Shown: positions 8,621 through 19,275 of the stretch, one piece after another
Position numbering within the stretch: position 1 is the stretch's first letter
Layout of the letters: each line of letters starts with the position of its first letter
Assembly: GCA_034670305.1 (NCBI GenBank)
Contig: JAXMNT010000054.1
Span: 1-51,978 of the forward strand
Direction: 5' to 3'
DNA from: Deltaproteobacteria bacterium
GTDB lineage: Bacteria; Myxococcota_A; Polyangia; Polyangiales; Houyiibacteriaceae
DNA: 51,978 bases
The notes under the pieces: model-generated
What the model was told of the DNA's origin: nothing
Databases searched by the model: none
What the model saw: the letters and a program-made list of their open reading frames with translations, nothing else
Made by a program: the position numbers and the translations under genes

Positions 8621-9376
8621 ATGACGTCGGAGACCGAGCGGTACCTTCGCCGGTTCCACGGCGCGCACCACGCGGCCACACCGCGCGGGCTCGGGCTCGG
8701 TCGCACGAAGGACGGGCGCGACAGCTACGCGCTGGTTGCGACTGCGGTGGGGGCGTCCGGTTCGGTGCTCGACCTCGGCTGTGGCGACGGCGCGCTCTTG
8801 CAGCGGCTCGCCCAGCCGGGTCGCGCAGTGGCGGGGATCGATCTCGTCCCGGCCGATCTCGTGGCCGCATCTCGAGCCGCAGCTCCACCCCAGCTCGCCT
8901 GTGCGCGTGCGGACGCGTTGCCGTTCGCGGAGGCGTCGTTCGACGCGGTCGTCTCCCACCTCGCGTTGATGTTGATGCCGGTCGAATCCGTGCTCGCAGA
9001 AGCCAAGCGCGTCACGAAACCCGGTGGGCGCTTCATCGCGATGCTGCAGTCGGACCTGCCGCCCCAGGGCGCGTTCGGGGAGTTCGCCCGCCGCATGCAC
9101 GGCGCGCTCGACGGAGTCGCGGTCCCCGAGCTCGGCGACGCCCGCACCTTCGACCGCCAGGAGATGGACGCGCTCCTGGTGGCCGCCGGGTACCGCGCCA
9201 TCCGCTACGAAGACGCGCGCTTGCACTTCGAGCGCGCACACCGGCGAACCGTGTTCGAGACGCTCTACGGCGTGGATCTCGTGCCCGAAGCCAAGCGCGA
9301 CCACGTGCTGGCCGCGGCCGACGTCGACGACGACAAGTGCAGCGTGGATGTGCGGCTCGTGACCGCGCAAGCGTGA
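8621..9376 (+). CDS. class I SAM-dependent methyltransferase
   Basis: VLDLGCGDG motif I, ADALPFAEASFDAV, RVTKPGG. Confidence 0.85.
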   Translation: MTSETERYLRRFHGAHHAATPRGLGLGRTKDGRDSYALVATAVGASGSVLDLGCGDGALLQRLAQPGRAVAGIDLVPADLVAASRAAAPPQLACARADALPFAEASFDAVVSHLALMLMPVESVLAEAKRVTKPGGRFIAMLQSDLPPQGAFGEFARRMHGALDGVAVPELGDARTFDRQEMDALLVAAGYRAIRYEDARLHFERAHRRTVFETLYGVDLVPEAKRDHVLAAADVDDDKCSVDVRLVTAQA

Positions 9377-9384
9377 CCGCGCAG

Positions 9385-9489
9385 ATCCGAATCTGAATCC
9401 GAAGCCGACCGACACCGACGCCGATGCCTGAAGCCGCTGCCGATGCCGATGCCGATGCCGAAGCCGATGCCGAAGCCGATGCCGATGCT
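9385..9489. repeat. GCCGA(T/A/C) hexamer tandem tract between convergent genes
   Basis: gccgat gccgat gccgat gccgaa gccgat gccgaa gccgat... Confidence 0.92.
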
Positions 9490-9510
9490 GCCGCGGATGC
9501 CAGGCCGGGC

Positions 9511-11247
9511 TCAGCCCTTCACGAAGGGGAGGTACTCGGCGTGCCAGGCACGCTTCTCGACGTGGGCGCGCATGCCTTCGTCGTCCTGCGGCAGCGTCTT
9601 CTGGGCGACGCCGTCCTCCACCGCCGCGCGCGCAACCGCGGCGGAGACCCGCAGGCTCGTCTCGCGCAGATCGGTGATCGGCGGGTAGATGAGCCCGTCC
9701 GGCAGGTAGCGTTCTTTGGTGTAGTCCGCGAGTGCGTACGCGGCGGCCCGCACCATGCCGTCGGTGATGATCCGAGCGTCCGCCAGGATGGCGCCGAAGC
9801 CGAGGCCGGGAAAGATGAAGGCGTTGTTGCCTTGGCCGATGGGGATCTCGACACCGTCCAGCTTGACTGGTCCGAAGGGAGAACCCGTCGCCACGATCGC
9901 GCGGCCGTCGCTCCACGCGAGCACTTCGGCCGGGTGCGCTTCGCTGCTGCTGGTCGGGTTGCTGAGCGGGAAGATCACCGGGCGCTCGGTCGAGTCCAGC
10001 ATCGCTTTGACCACCGCTTCGTCGAACGCGCCCGGGCGGCCGCTCAGACCCAGGAGCACCGTCGCCTTGGCGTGTTTGATCACGTTGCGCAGGCCCGGCG
10101 CGGCGCCTTCGAATGACCAGTCCGCGATGCGCGCCCGCGGCTGCGCGAAGCGGCGTTTGTACGCCTCCATCTTGCGATCGCTGAGCAGCAGGCCGCGCGA
10201 GTCGAGCACGAACACCCGGCCGAGCGCTTCTTCTTCACTCAGGCCTTCGTTCCGCAGACCGTCCACGATCGCGGCCGCCACGCCGATGCCGCCGGCACCT
10301 GCGCCATGAATCACGAACACCTGTTCGCCGAACGGCTGCTCCTTCAATCGACAGGCGTTCAAACAACCGGCGAGCGCGACCGCGCCGGTGCCTTGGATGT
10401 CGTCGTTGAAACTCGGCACCTCGTGCCGGTACCGCTCGAGCACATCGAACGCGGCCTCTTTGGCGAGGTCCTCCCACTGAATGACCGCTTTGGGCCAGCG
10501 GCCGACGACCGCCTGCACGAACTGGTCGATGAACTGATCGTAGGCTTCGCCCTTGATGCGCCGCTGACGCACACCGAGGTACCTCGGGTCGTTCACGAGA
10601 TCGATCCGATCGGTGCCGACGTCGAGCGAGACCGGCATGGTGTGCAGTGGGCTCACCCCACCGCCGGCGGTGTAGAGCGAGAGTTTGCCGATCGGGATCG
10701 CGAGGCCGCCGTAGCCCTGGTCGCCGATGCCGAGGATGGCGGAGGCGTCCGTGGCGACGATCATGCGCACGTCCGACATCGGGTAGTTGGCCACCGTCTT
10801 GGCGGCGCGGTCGATGTTGATCGGCGACAGACTCAGGCCGCGCGGCGTCTGGTAGAGGTGGCTGAAGTGCTGCACCGCTTTGCCGACGGTCGGCGTGTAG
10901 ACGATCGGCATGAGCTCTTCGAGGTGCCGCTCGAGCAACGCGTAGAAGAGGATCTCCTGTCGTTCCTGCAGCGCGCGCACGTACTGGTACTTCTGCAGAT
11001 CCGAGGGGATCCGGCAGTACCCGGCGTACACACGCGCGACCTGCTCCTCGATTGTCTCCACCTGAGGCGGCAAGAGGCCGTCGAGGCCCAGCGCGATGCG
11101 CTCCTCTTGCGTGAACGCGGTGCCCTTGTTCGTGAGCACCAGCCGAACGAGCGCGATGCCCTCGAGGTACACCTCGATGTGTTGGCCGGACTCGTCTTTG
11201 ATCAGATCGAACCAGGGAGTGATCGGTGGTCTCTTGGTTTCGCTCAC
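9511..11247 (-). CDS. maeA: NAD-dependent malic enzyme
   Basis: NKGTAFT, MPIVYTPTVG, ILGIGDQG, FNDDIQGTG, GAGAGGIG, PLSNPT, ATGSPF, QGNNAFIFPG. GTG start is inferred. Confidence 0.93.
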   Translation of the reverse strand: MSETKRPPITPWFDLIKDESGQHIEVYLEGIALVRLVLTNKGTAFTQEERIALGLDGLLPPQVETIEEQVARVYAGYCRIPSDLQKYQYVRALQERQEILFYALLERHLEELMPIVYTPTVGKAVQHFSHLYQTPRGLSLSPINIDRAAKTVANYPMSDVRMIVATDASAILGIGDQGYGGLAIPIGKLSLYTAGGGVSPLHTMPVSLDVGTDRIDLVNDPRYLGVRQRRIKGEAYDQFIDQFVQAVVGRWPKAVIQWEDLAKEAAFDVLERYRHEVPSFNDDIQGTGAVALAGCLNACRLKEQPFGEQVFVIHGAGAGGIGVAAAIVDGLRNEGLSEEEALGRVFVLDSRGLLLSDRKMEAYKRRFAQPRARIADWSFEGAAPGLRNVIKHAKATVLLGLSGRPGAFDEAVVKAMLDSTERPVIFPLSNPTSSSEAHPAEVLAWSDGRAIVATGSPFGPVKLDGVEIPIGQGNNAFIFPGLGFGAILADARIITDGMVRAAAYALADYTKERYLPDGLIYPPITDLRETSLRVSAAVARAAVEDGVAQKTLPQDDEGMRAHVEKRAWHAEYLPFVKG

Positions 11248-11295
11248 GCGTTCGTCCTTGGTGCCAGCGGAGCGCCGGCCCACGTCATGGAAGAT

Positions 11296-12339
11296 TCATT
11301 GGAGGGCTCGGCGCACTGCATCGCCCACTTCGGACGTGCGCGCCGTGCCGCCGAGGTCTGGCGTACGGATGCCACTCGAGAGCACGTTCTGAACGGCCCA
11401 TTCGATCTGAGCTGCTTCGTCGGGTTTGCCGAGACCATGACGCAGCAGCATGGCCGCACTGAGAATGGTTGCCAGTGGATTCGCCGCGCCGGTGCCTGCG
11501 ATGTCCGGTGCGGAGCCATGAACCGGCTCGAAGAGACCGGGGCCGCCGTCGCCGAGGGACGCGCTTGGCAGCAGTCCGAGTGTGCCGGTCAGCACCGCGC
11601 CTTCGTCACTCAGGATGTCTCCGAACAGGTTCGGCGCGACCACGACGTCGAACGCGCCCGGGCTCGTGACGAGGCGCATCGCCATCGAGTCGACCAGCTG
11701 GTGTTCGAGTTCGACGTCTGGGTGCGCCCGGCCGACCTCGGTCGCGACGCTGCGCCAAAGCCGCATCGACGCGAGCACGTTGGCTTTGTCGATCGAGGTC
11801 ACCTTGTTCTTGCGCCCCTTGGCGAGTGTGAAGGCCAGCTCCACGATGCGGCGGATCTCACCCTCCGTGTACACCATCGTGTCGAGCGCTCGACGCGGCC
11901 CGTCGGTGCTCGTCGCTTCCACGCGTGGTGCGCCGAAGTAGATGCCGCCGGTCAGTTCCCGCACGAAGAGCAGGTCGACGCCTTCGGCGATCTCCCGCTT
12001 GAGTGGCGACGCGTCGGGGTCCATCACCTTGACCGGCCGCAGGTTCGCGTAGAGGCCGAGCGCGCTTCGAATCGCGAGCAGTCCCTGCTCGGGACGCACG
12101 CTGGCGGTCGGGTCGTCCCACTTCGGTCCGCCCACGGCGCCGAGCAGCACCGCGTGGCTCTCCTTGCAGAGGGCGATGGTCTCGTCCGGGAGCGGGTGTC
12201 CGGTGGCGTCGATGGCGGCGCCACCGATCAACCCGTCGACGACTTCGATCGAGACGAGCTCGCGCAGGACCTTCGCCGCCTCGAAGGCGACCTCCGGTCC
12301 GATGCCGTCGCCACCGAGCAGTGCGATCTGAATGCTCAC
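11296..12339 (-). CDS. leuB: 3-isopropylmalate dehydrogenase
   Basis: [61 protein letters not shown]. Confidence 0.97.
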   Translation of the reverse strand: MSIQIALLGGDGIGPEVAFEAAKVLRELVSIEVVDGLIGGAAIDATGHPLPDETIALCKESHAVLLGAVGGPKWDDPTASVRPEQGLLAIRSALGLYANLRPVKVMDPDASPLKREIAEGVDLLFVRELTGGIYFGAPRVEATSTDGPRRALDTMVYTEGEIRRIVELAFTLAKGRKNKVTSIDKANVLASMRLWRSVATEVGRAHPDVELEHQLVDSMAMRLVTSPGAFDVVVAPNLFGDILSDEGAVLTGTLGLLPSASLGDGGPGLFEPVHGSAPDIAGTGAANPLATILSAAMLLRHGLGKPDEAAQIEWAVQNVLSSGIRTPDLGGTARTSEVGDAVRRALQ

Positions 12340-13979
12340 GCCAGTTTCTCCTTTGCGATGTCTTCGGGTGGAAGCGCGGCGTCCCCCGCACCCGCGCCCT
12401 CCCGAAGCGCGTGCACCAAGCCGAACTCGTATCCGTCCGCGAGCGCCTCGATCGACGCCTCCACGATGTCCGGCGATGCGCCGACCGTCGTCCAGCGATC
12501 GGTGTCGCCGTCCTCTTCGGAACGGCACTCGACGAGGACCCGCGTGGTCGCGTCGGTCCCATCGGTGCCGTCGAGGATGCGCACCCGGTAGTCGGAGAGG
12601 GTGACTCGGCCGAGCGCTGGGAAGAGCGGTAGGAGCGCTTGCCGCAGCGCGGTGTCGAGCGCCGCGACCGGGCCGCATCCTTCGCCCGCGGCGATGCGTT
12701 CTTCGCCCTGGGCGGCGATCTTCACGGTGGCTTCGGAGCGGGCGGGGCGTCCTCGTTCCCGGCGCGCGCTCGTCCGGTACTCCAGCACGACGAAGGGCGG
12801 CAGGTAGTCGACGCGCGCTCGGTCGACGAGCAGCGCCACCGACGCCTCGGCGGCTTCGAACGCGTACCCGCGGGCCTCGCGGGTCTTGATCGACTGCAGC
12901 ACCCGGCCTTCGACGCCGCCGACGGAGAGCCCGAGCTCTTCGGCTTTGCTCAAGACGTTGGCGCGCCCCGAGAGCTCGCTGACCACGACCCGGGTTTCGT
13001 TGCCGACGCGCGCCGGGTCGCAGTGTTCGTAGGAGCCTGGGTCGCGGCGAATCGCGGAGACGTGCACGCCTCCCTTGTGCGCGAACGCGCTGCGGCCGAC
13101 GTAGGGGGCATGATCGTTGGGCGGCAGGTTGGCGACGTCCGACACGAAGCGCGAGAGGCTGCGCAGTTGCGAGAGCGACTCTCCGACGCAGCCGGTCCCA
13201 AGCTTCAACTCCAAGTTGGCCGCCACCGTCACGAGGTTCGCGTTGCCACAGCGTTCGCCGTAGCCGTTGATGGTGCCCTGGACTTGCGTGGCGCCTGATT
13301 CCACCGCCGCCATGCTGCTGGCCACCGCGCAGCCGCAGTCGTCGTGCGCGTGGATCCCGATCGGCAGGGACACCTCGGTGCGGACGCGGCGGGTCGCCGC
13401 GGCGACCTGGGAGGGCAGGGTGCCTCCGTTGGTGTCGCACAGGATCACCACCTCGGCGCCGCCCCGCTGAGCGGCCCGCAAGGTCTCGAGCGCGTACTCG
13501 GAGTCCGCCGCGAACCCGTCGTAGAAATGTTCCGCGTCGAAGAACACGCGGCGTCCACGCGAGCGAAGGTGCGCGATCGACCGCTCGATCATCATGAGGT
13601 TCTCTTCGGGCGTCGTGCGGAGCACTTCGTGGACATGCCGGAGTGACGCCTTGCCGAAGAGGGTGCAGACGGGGGTCTCGGCATCGAGCAACGCGCGCAG
13701 CTGCAGGTCGTCTTCGGGCGCGACGCGGGGCCGGCAGGTGGAGCCGAACGCGACCAGATGCGCGCGGCCGAAGGACTTGCCTCGCACGGCCTGGAAGAAG
13801 CCCATGTCCTTCGGGTTGCTGCCGGGCCAGCCCGCTTCGATGAACGCCACGCCGAAGGCGCCGAGCCGTTCGGCCACCCGGATCTTGTCGCGCAGCGAGA
13901 GCGAGAGGCCTTCGCGCTGGGTGCCATCCCGCAGGGTGGTGTCGTAGAGGTCGACGCGCGGCGTGGCCGGAGTGGGCAT
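12336..13979 (-). CDS. cimA: citramalate synthase
   Basis: [77 protein letters not shown]. Confidence 0.92.
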   Translation of the reverse strand: MPTPATPRVDLYDTTLRDGTQREGLSLSLRDKIRVAERLGAFGVAFIEAGWPGSNPKDMGFFQAVRGKSFGRAHLVAFGSTCRPRVAPEDDLQLRALLDAETPVCTLFGKASLRHVHEVLRTTPEENLMMIERSIAHLRSRGRRVFFDAEHFYDGFAADSEYALETLRAAQRGGAEVVILCDTNGGTLPSQVAAATRRVRTEVSLPIGIHAHDDCGCAVASSMAAVESGATQVQGTINGYGERCGNANLVTVAANLELKLGTGCVGESLSQLRSLSRFVSDVANLPPNDHAPYVGRSAFAHKGGVHVSAIRRDPGSYEHCDPARVGNETRVVVSELSGRANVLSKAEELGLSVGGVEGRVLQSIKTREARGYAFEAAEASVALLVDRARVDYLPPFVVLEYRTSARRERGRPARSEATVKIAAQGEERIAAGEGCGPVAALDTALRQALLPLFPALGRVTLSDYRVRILDGTDGTDATTRVLVECRSEEDGDTDRWTTVGASPDIVEASIEALADGYEFGLVHALREGAGAGDAALPPEDIAKEKLA

Positions 13980-14029
13980 GCCGCCCTCAGGCGTGCTCCC
14001 CGACGCGCTCCCCGGGCGGGTTGCTCGAG

Positions 14030-14578
14030 TCACAGCGCGCGCGCCGCCTCGAATGCGGCGATGGCGTCTTCCGCGCGCTGAAGCGCTTCGAGTTCGTCGA
14101 CGCCTTGAAGCAGCAACGCTTTCGAGAACGCATCCACCTCGAACCGCGCCACGTGCACGCCGACCGTCAGGGTCTGCGCGGCCAGGTCCACCCCGAACCG
14201 GGTCCCTTGTTCGACGTGTCCAAGCACGTTGGCGAACATGTCGGCGTCGACCGCGATCGGCAGTACGCCGTTTTTCAACGCGTTCGCCGTGAAGATGTCT
14301 GCGAAGCTCCGCGCCACGATCGCCCGAAAGCCGAAGTCCCGCAGCGCCCAAGGCGCGTGTTCTCTGGAACTGCCGCAGCCGAAGTTCTCGCCGCTGACGA
14401 GCAGCTGTTTGCCCGCATCGAACTCGAGCACTCCTTCCTTGCGCCAGTCGGCGAACAGGTGTTCGCCGAGGCCCAGCTTGCTGGTCACCGTCAGGAAGCG
14501 CGCGGGAATGATCTGGTCGGTGTCGATGTCGTTGCGCAGCACGAGGGCTGCCTGCGACGTGAACGGTTCGAAACTCAT
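14030..14578 (-). CDS. leuD: 3-isopropylmalate dehydratase small subunit
   Basis: [34 protein letters not shown]. Confidence 0.97.
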   Translation of the reverse strand: MSFEPFTSQAALVLRNDIDTDQIIPARFLTVTSKLGLGEHLFADWRKEGVLEFDAGKQLLVSGENFGCGSSREHAPWALRDFGFRAIVARSFADIFTANALKNGVLPIAVDADMFANVLGHVEQGTRFGVDLAAQTLTVGVHVARFEVDAFSKALLLQGVDELEALQRAEDAIAAFEAARAL

Positions 14579-16020
14579 GCGCCGCCTCCAGTGACGGGTG
14601 CTTCCGCAGCGGCCAAGCTGCGGGGATCGGTGATTCGACCGGCTGCCGCGCTCGCAGCCGCGGTGGCTGGAGAGCAAAGAAGCGTGCGCCCGCCGCGGCC
14701 CTGACGGCCTTCGAAGTTCCGGTTGGAGGTGCTCATGGCCAGCTGTCCCGGCTCCAGTTGGTCCCCGTTCATCGCGATGCACATCGAGCAGCCCGGGTCC
14801 CGCCACTCGGCGCCGGCGTCGCGGAAGACCTGGTCGAGGCCTTCCTTCTCTGCCGCGTGTTTCACCGCGGTGGAGCCCGGCACCACCAATGCGCGGACGC
14901 CATCCGCCACGCGCCGACCGCGCAGCACCCGCGCCGCATCCCGCAGGTCGCTCAGGCGCCCATTGGTACAGCTGCCCACGAAGACGACGTCGACCGCGTG
15001 TCCGAGGAGCTGGCTGCCCGGTTCGAGTTTCATGTACGAGAGCGCCTTCTCCAGCGCGACCCGTTCCCGGGCGTCGCTGACCGAGGAGGGGTCGGGCAAG
15101 GTGCCGTCGATCGCGATCCCCATGCCGGGGTTCGTGCCCCAGGTCACCCGCGGCGCGAGCGCTGCGGCGTCGAGGTGTACTTCCGAGTCGAAGGTGGCCC
15201 CCGGGTCGGTCGGGAGCGCTCTCCAGCGCGCCACGGCGGCATCCCACGCGGCGCCCTTCGGCACCCGCTCCCGTTCGACCAGGTACTCGAAGGTCGTGTC
15301 GTCGGGTGCGATGAGACCCGCCCGTGCGCCGGCTTCGATCGACATGTTGCAGACCGTCATGCGCGCTTCCATGTCCATCGCGCGGATGGTCGAGCCGGCG
15401 TATTCGATGACGTGTCCGGTGGCGCCACCGACGCCGAGCTTCGCGATGAGTCCGAGGATGACGTCCTTCGCGCTGACGCCGCTGCCGAGGGCACCGTCGA
15501 TGGTCACGCGCATGGTCTTGGGGCGGCGCTGAAAGAGCGTCTGGGTGGCGAGCACGTGCTCGACCTGCGAGGTGCCGATGCCAAAGGCGAGCGCACCGAA
15601 GGCGCCGTGGGTCGACGTGTGGCTGTCCCCGCAGACGATGGTCATGCCCGGTTGGGTGAGTCCGAGCTCGGGCCCGACCACATGCACGATCCCGTTGCCG
15701 TCTTCGCCGAGCGCGAACAGCTCGATGCCGAAGCGCAGGCAGTTGTCTCGAAGCGCATCGAGCTGGCTGCGCGCCGCGTCGCTCACGACGTGGAGCACCC
15801 CTTCGCGTCGCAACGTGGGCGTGGAGTGGTCCATGGTCGCGACGGTGCGTTCGGGTCGGCGAACCATCAGGTTCCGTTCGATAAGGCCCGCGAACGCCTG
15901 CGGGGAGGTCACCTCGTGTACGAGGTGCAGATCGATGTAGAGCACCGGCGGAAACGCCGCGTCCGGGTGCGCGATGGTGTGCGTCTCCCACACCTTCTCG
16001 AAGAGGGTCTTTTGAGTCAT
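14575..16020 (-). CDS. leuC: 3-isopropylmalate dehydratase large subunit
   Basis: [50 protein letters not shown]. Confidence 0.98.
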   Translation of the reverse strand: MTQKTLFEKVWETHTIAHPDAAFPPVLYIDLHLVHEVTSPQAFAGLIERNLMVRRPERTVATMDHSTPTLRREGVLHVVSDAARSQLDALRDNCLRFGIELFALGEDGNGIVHVVGPELGLTQPGMTIVCGDSHTSTHGAFGALAFGIGTSQVEHVLATQTLFQRRPKTMRVTIDGALGSGVSAKDVILGLIAKLGVGGATGHVIEYAGSTIRAMDMEARMTVCNMSIEAGARAGLIAPDDTTFEYLVERERVPKGAAWDAAVARWRALPTDPGATFDSEVHLDAAALAPRVTWGTNPGMGIAIDGTLPDPSSVSDARERVALEKALSYMKLEPGSQLLGHAVDVVFVGSCTNGRLSDLRDAARVLRGRRVADGVRALVVPGSTAVKHAAEKEGLDQVFRDAGAEWRDPGCSMCIAMNGDQLEPGQLAMSTSNRNFEGRQGRGGRTLLCSPATAAASAAAGRITDPRSLAAAEAPVTGGGA

Positions 16021-16027
16021 CGGTGCC

Positions 16028-17656
16028 TCACGCGGCCGCGCTCGCGCGCGCGCTTGCCAGGACTTGGTTGACCGCGCTCAAGTACGCCTTGGCGCTCGCG
16101 ACCACGATGTCGGTGTCGGTGCCCACGCCGTGCACGATGCGCGGCCCGGTGCGTTCTTCGGTCCGTTGTGCGTGCACCCGGGTCGGCAGTCGGTCGCGCT
16201 GCCGCACCCGCACGCTGACTTCGCCGAGCGCATCGATGCCGGCGGTCACCGATTGCACCGTGAACTCCACCAGCTCGAGCGGCGCCGACACGATGGCGTC
16301 GATCGACTTGAAGACCGCGTCGACGGGCCCGGTGCCCACGCACGCGCGCACGTGCACCGCGCCATCCGCCGAGCGGAGTTTCACCGTGGCGGTGGGCAAG
16401 CCCATGCTGCCGCACGCGACCTGCAACCCCTCGAGAGAGAAGGTCTCGTCCACCCGGTGCAGCTCGTCGCCGACCAGCGCGATGAGATCCGCGTCGGTGA
16501 TCTGCTTCTTCTTGTCCGCGACCTCTTTGAACGAAGTGAAAGCGCGGGCGAGGGCTTCGTCCTCGAGTGGGTAGCCGAGCTCGTGCAGCCGGGCGCCGAA
16601 CGCGTGCCGTCCAGAGTGTTTGCCGAGCACCAGTTCACTGCGGGCCGCGCCGACGGTCTCCGGCCGCATGATCTCGTAGGTGTCTTCGTGCTTGAGCATG
16701 CCGTCCTGGTGGATGCCCGCCTCGTGCGCGAACGCGTTGGCGCCGACCACCGCTTTGTTCGGTTGCACCGACATGCCGGTGACCCGGCTGACGAGTTTGC
16801 TGGTGCGGACGAGCTGGGTGGTGTCGATGCGCGTCTGCAGCTTCATCACGTCGCGGCGGGTGTGCAGCGCCATCACGACCTCTTCGAGACTCGCGTTGCC
16901 GGCGCGTTCGCCGATGCCGTTGACCGCGACCTCCACCTGACGCGCGCCCGCCGCCACGCCCGCGAGGCTGTTCGCGACCGCGAGCCCGAGGTCGTCGTGG
17001 CAGTGCACGCTCAGAACCGCTTGGTCGATGCCGGGTACGTGCTCTCTCAAGTACGCGATCCGCTCGGCCAGTTCGTGCGGCAGCACGTAGCCGACGGTGT
17101 CCGGCACGTTGAGCGTGGTCGCACCCGCCTCGAGCGCGGCGGCCATCACTTCAGCGAGAAACGGCAACTCGGTGCGGCCGGCGTCCTCGGCGCTGAACTC
17201 GACATCGGCGCAGAGCGAGCGCGCGAGCGCCACCATTTCGCGCACCTTCGCGACGACCTGGGCGCGGGTCATGCCGAGCTTGTGCTCCCGGTGGATCGGG
17301 CTCGTGGCCAGGAAGGTGTGGATGCGGGGGAAGCGCGCCGGCGCCACCGCTTCCGCGCAGACTTCGATGTCGCGCCGGGTGGCGCGTGCGAGCCCGCAGA
17401 TGATCGGTAGGGCGCCCGAAGCCTTGTCGCCGCTGCCCACCTTCTCGGCGATGCTCTGCACCGCCCGCGCGTCGTCTGGGCTGGCCGCTGGGAAGCCAGC
17501 TTCGATGACGTCCACGCCAAGCCGGGCGAGCGCGCGGGCGACTTCGAGTTTCTCGGTCGAGGTCATCGTCGCGCCGGGCGACTGTTCCCCGTCGCGCAGC
17601 GTGGTGTCGAAGATGCGCACCCGGCCGGGTTCCAAGGGCTGCGGTGCGTCGCTCAC
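16028..17656 (-). CDS. leuA: 2-isopropylmalate synthase
   Basis: [60 protein letters not shown]-terminal regulatory domain GPVDA. Confidence 0.97.
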   Translation of the reverse strand: MSDAPQPLEPGRVRIFDTTLRDGEQSPGATMTSTEKLEVARALARLGVDVIEAGFPAASPDDARAVQSIAEKVGSGDKASGALPIICGLARATRRDIEVCAEAVAPARFPRIHTFLATSPIHREHKLGMTRAQVVAKVREMVALARSLCADVEFSAEDAGRTELPFLAEVMAAALEAGATTLNVPDTVGYVLPHELAERIAYLREHVPGIDQAVLSVHCHDDLGLAVANSLAGVAAGARQVEVAVNGIGERAGNASLEEVVMALHTRRDVMKLQTRIDTTQLVRTSKLVSRVTGMSVQPNKAVVGANAFAHEAGIHQDGMLKHEDTYEIMRPETVGAARSELVLGKHSGRHAFGARLHELGYPLEDEALARAFTSFKEVADKKKQITDADLIALVGDELHRVDETFSLEGLQVACGSMGLPTATVKLRSADGAVHVRACVGTGPVDAVFKSIDAIVSAPLELVEFTVQSVTAGIDALGEVSVRVRQRDRLPTRVHAQRTEERTGPRIVHGVGTDTDIVVASAKAYLSAVNQVLASARASAAA

Positions 17657-18690
17657 GAGTCGGCGCCTTCTGGTGGTACGGCTTCGCCTTCCGGCGTGAC
17701 CGGCTGGACGAACGGCATCATGCGGCGAAGGCGCGCGCCCACGCGTTCGATCGGATGCTCGCGTTCCGCCGCCCGGTGCTTCGAGAACGTTGGCCGCCCC
17801 GCGTCGTTCTCGGCGATCCATTCTCGCGCGAAGCTCCCGTCCTGAATGGCTTCGAGCCGCTTCTTCATCGCCTTGCGCGATTCGGCGCCGATGACCTCCG
17901 GGCCCGCCACGTAGTCGCCCCGCTCCGCGGTGTCGCTGATCGAGTGGCGCATGTAGCTGAGCCCGCCTCGGTACATGAGATCGACGATGAGTTTGAGCTC
18001 GTGCATGCACTCGAAGTACGCGACCTCCGGCTGGTAGCCGGCGTCCACGAGGGTCTCGAATCCGGCTTTGACGAGCTCGCTGACCCCGCCGCACAACACG
18101 CTCTGCTCTCCGAAGAGATCGGTCTCGGTCTCCTCCGCAAACGTGGTGCTGAGCACGCCCGCACGCGCGCTTCCGATCGCCATGGCGTAGGAGAGGGCGA
18201 GTGCTTCGGCGGTTCCGCTCGCGTCCTGATGCACCGCCAAGAGGGCCGGCACGCCGCCGCCTTCTTGGTAGGTCTCGCGGACCCGGTGTCCCGGACCCTT
18301 CGGTGCGATCATCGAGACGTCGATGTCGTCCGGCGGGGTGATGGTGCCGTAGTGCACGTTGAAGCCATGCGCGAACATGAGCGTGTCGCCCGCCTGCAAG
18401 TTCGGCGCGATGGACTCGAGGTAGATGGCGCGCTGCGCGGTGTCCGGAGCGAGCACCATCACAACGTTGGCTTCGGCGCAGGCGGCGGCGGTGTCGAGCA
18501 CCCGCAGGCCGGCGGCTTCCGCTTTGGCGGCGCTGCGGCTGCCCGGCCGAAGGCCGATGCGCACGTCGACACCGCTCTCTTTCATGTTCAGTGCGTGGGC
18601 GTGGCCCTGGGAGCCGAAGCCGAGCACCGCGACCTTCTTGCCCTGGATCAAGGAGAGGTCGGCGTCTTTGTCGTATCGAATCGTGGTCAT
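17653..18690 (-). CDS. ilvC: ketol-acid reductoisomerase
   Basis: [58 protein letters not shown]. Confidence 0.98.
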   Translation of the reverse strand: MTTIRYDKDADLSLIQGKKVAVLGFGSQGHAHALNMKESGVDVRIGLRPGSRSAAKAEAAGLRVLDTAAACAEANVVMVLAPDTAQRAIYLESIAPNLQAGDTLMFAHGFNVHYGTITPPDDIDVSMIAPKGPGHRVRETYQEGGGVPALLAVHQDASGTAEALALSYAMAIGSARAGVLSTTFAEETETDLFGEQSVLCGGVSELVKAGFETLVDAGYQPEVAYFECMHELKLIVDLMYRGGLSYMRHSISDTAERGDYVAGPEVIGAESRKAMKKRLEAIQDGSFAREWIAENDAGRPTFSKHRAAEREHPIERVGARLRRMMPFVQPVTPEGEAVPPEGADS

Positions 18691-18714
18691 GAGGCTCTCT
18701 TGGTTTCGTGCGGA

Positions 18715-19275
18715 CTACGCGGCGTCGAACGCCGTGGCGGTTCGAAGGGCTGTATGGAGTTGGGGTTTCTCGGCGGCGCGCGTCATCGCGACCAGCCCGG
18801 TCTGGACCATTTCGAGGATGCCGAAGGGCACCAGCACTTCGCGGAGCCGGTCGATCTCCTCGTGGGTGCCGGTGATCTCAGCGACCAGCGACGCCGGTCC
18901 GATGTCCACCGCGCGCGCACCGACCGCTTCGAGGATCTGCAGCACCTGGGGGCGCGTGTCCGCGCCGGCGCCAACCTTCAGGAGCGCGAGGTTCTTCGAC
19001 ACCTGGGCTTGCTCGGTGATGTCGTCCACCCGGAGCACGTTCACGAGTTTGTAGAGGTTGGCTTCGATGCGACGCGCGGTGCTCGGCGTGGCGCAGCACA
19101 CGATCGTCATGCGCGAGACCCCGACCTCGTGGGTGCGTCCGACGTTGAGCGAGTCGATGTTGTATTCCCGTCGCCGGAACAGTGACGCGACGCGGTTGAG
19201 CACGCCGGGTTTGTCTTCGACGTGCACGACGAAGGTGCGTTTGGATTCGACTTCGACGGTCTGCGGCTGGGTCAC
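18715..19275 (-). CDS. ilvN: acetolactate synthase small (regulatory) subunit
   Basis: [31 protein letters not shown] domain. Confidence 0.95.
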   Translation of the reverse strand: MTQPQTVEVESKRTFVVHVEDKPGVLNRVASLFRRREYNIDSLNVGRTHEVGVSRMTIVCCATPSTARRIEANLYKLVNVLRVDDITEQAQVSKNLALLKVGAGADTRPQVLQILEAVGARAVDIGPASLVAEITGTHEEIDRLREVLVPFGILEMVQTGLVAMTRAAEKPQLHTALRTATAFDAA

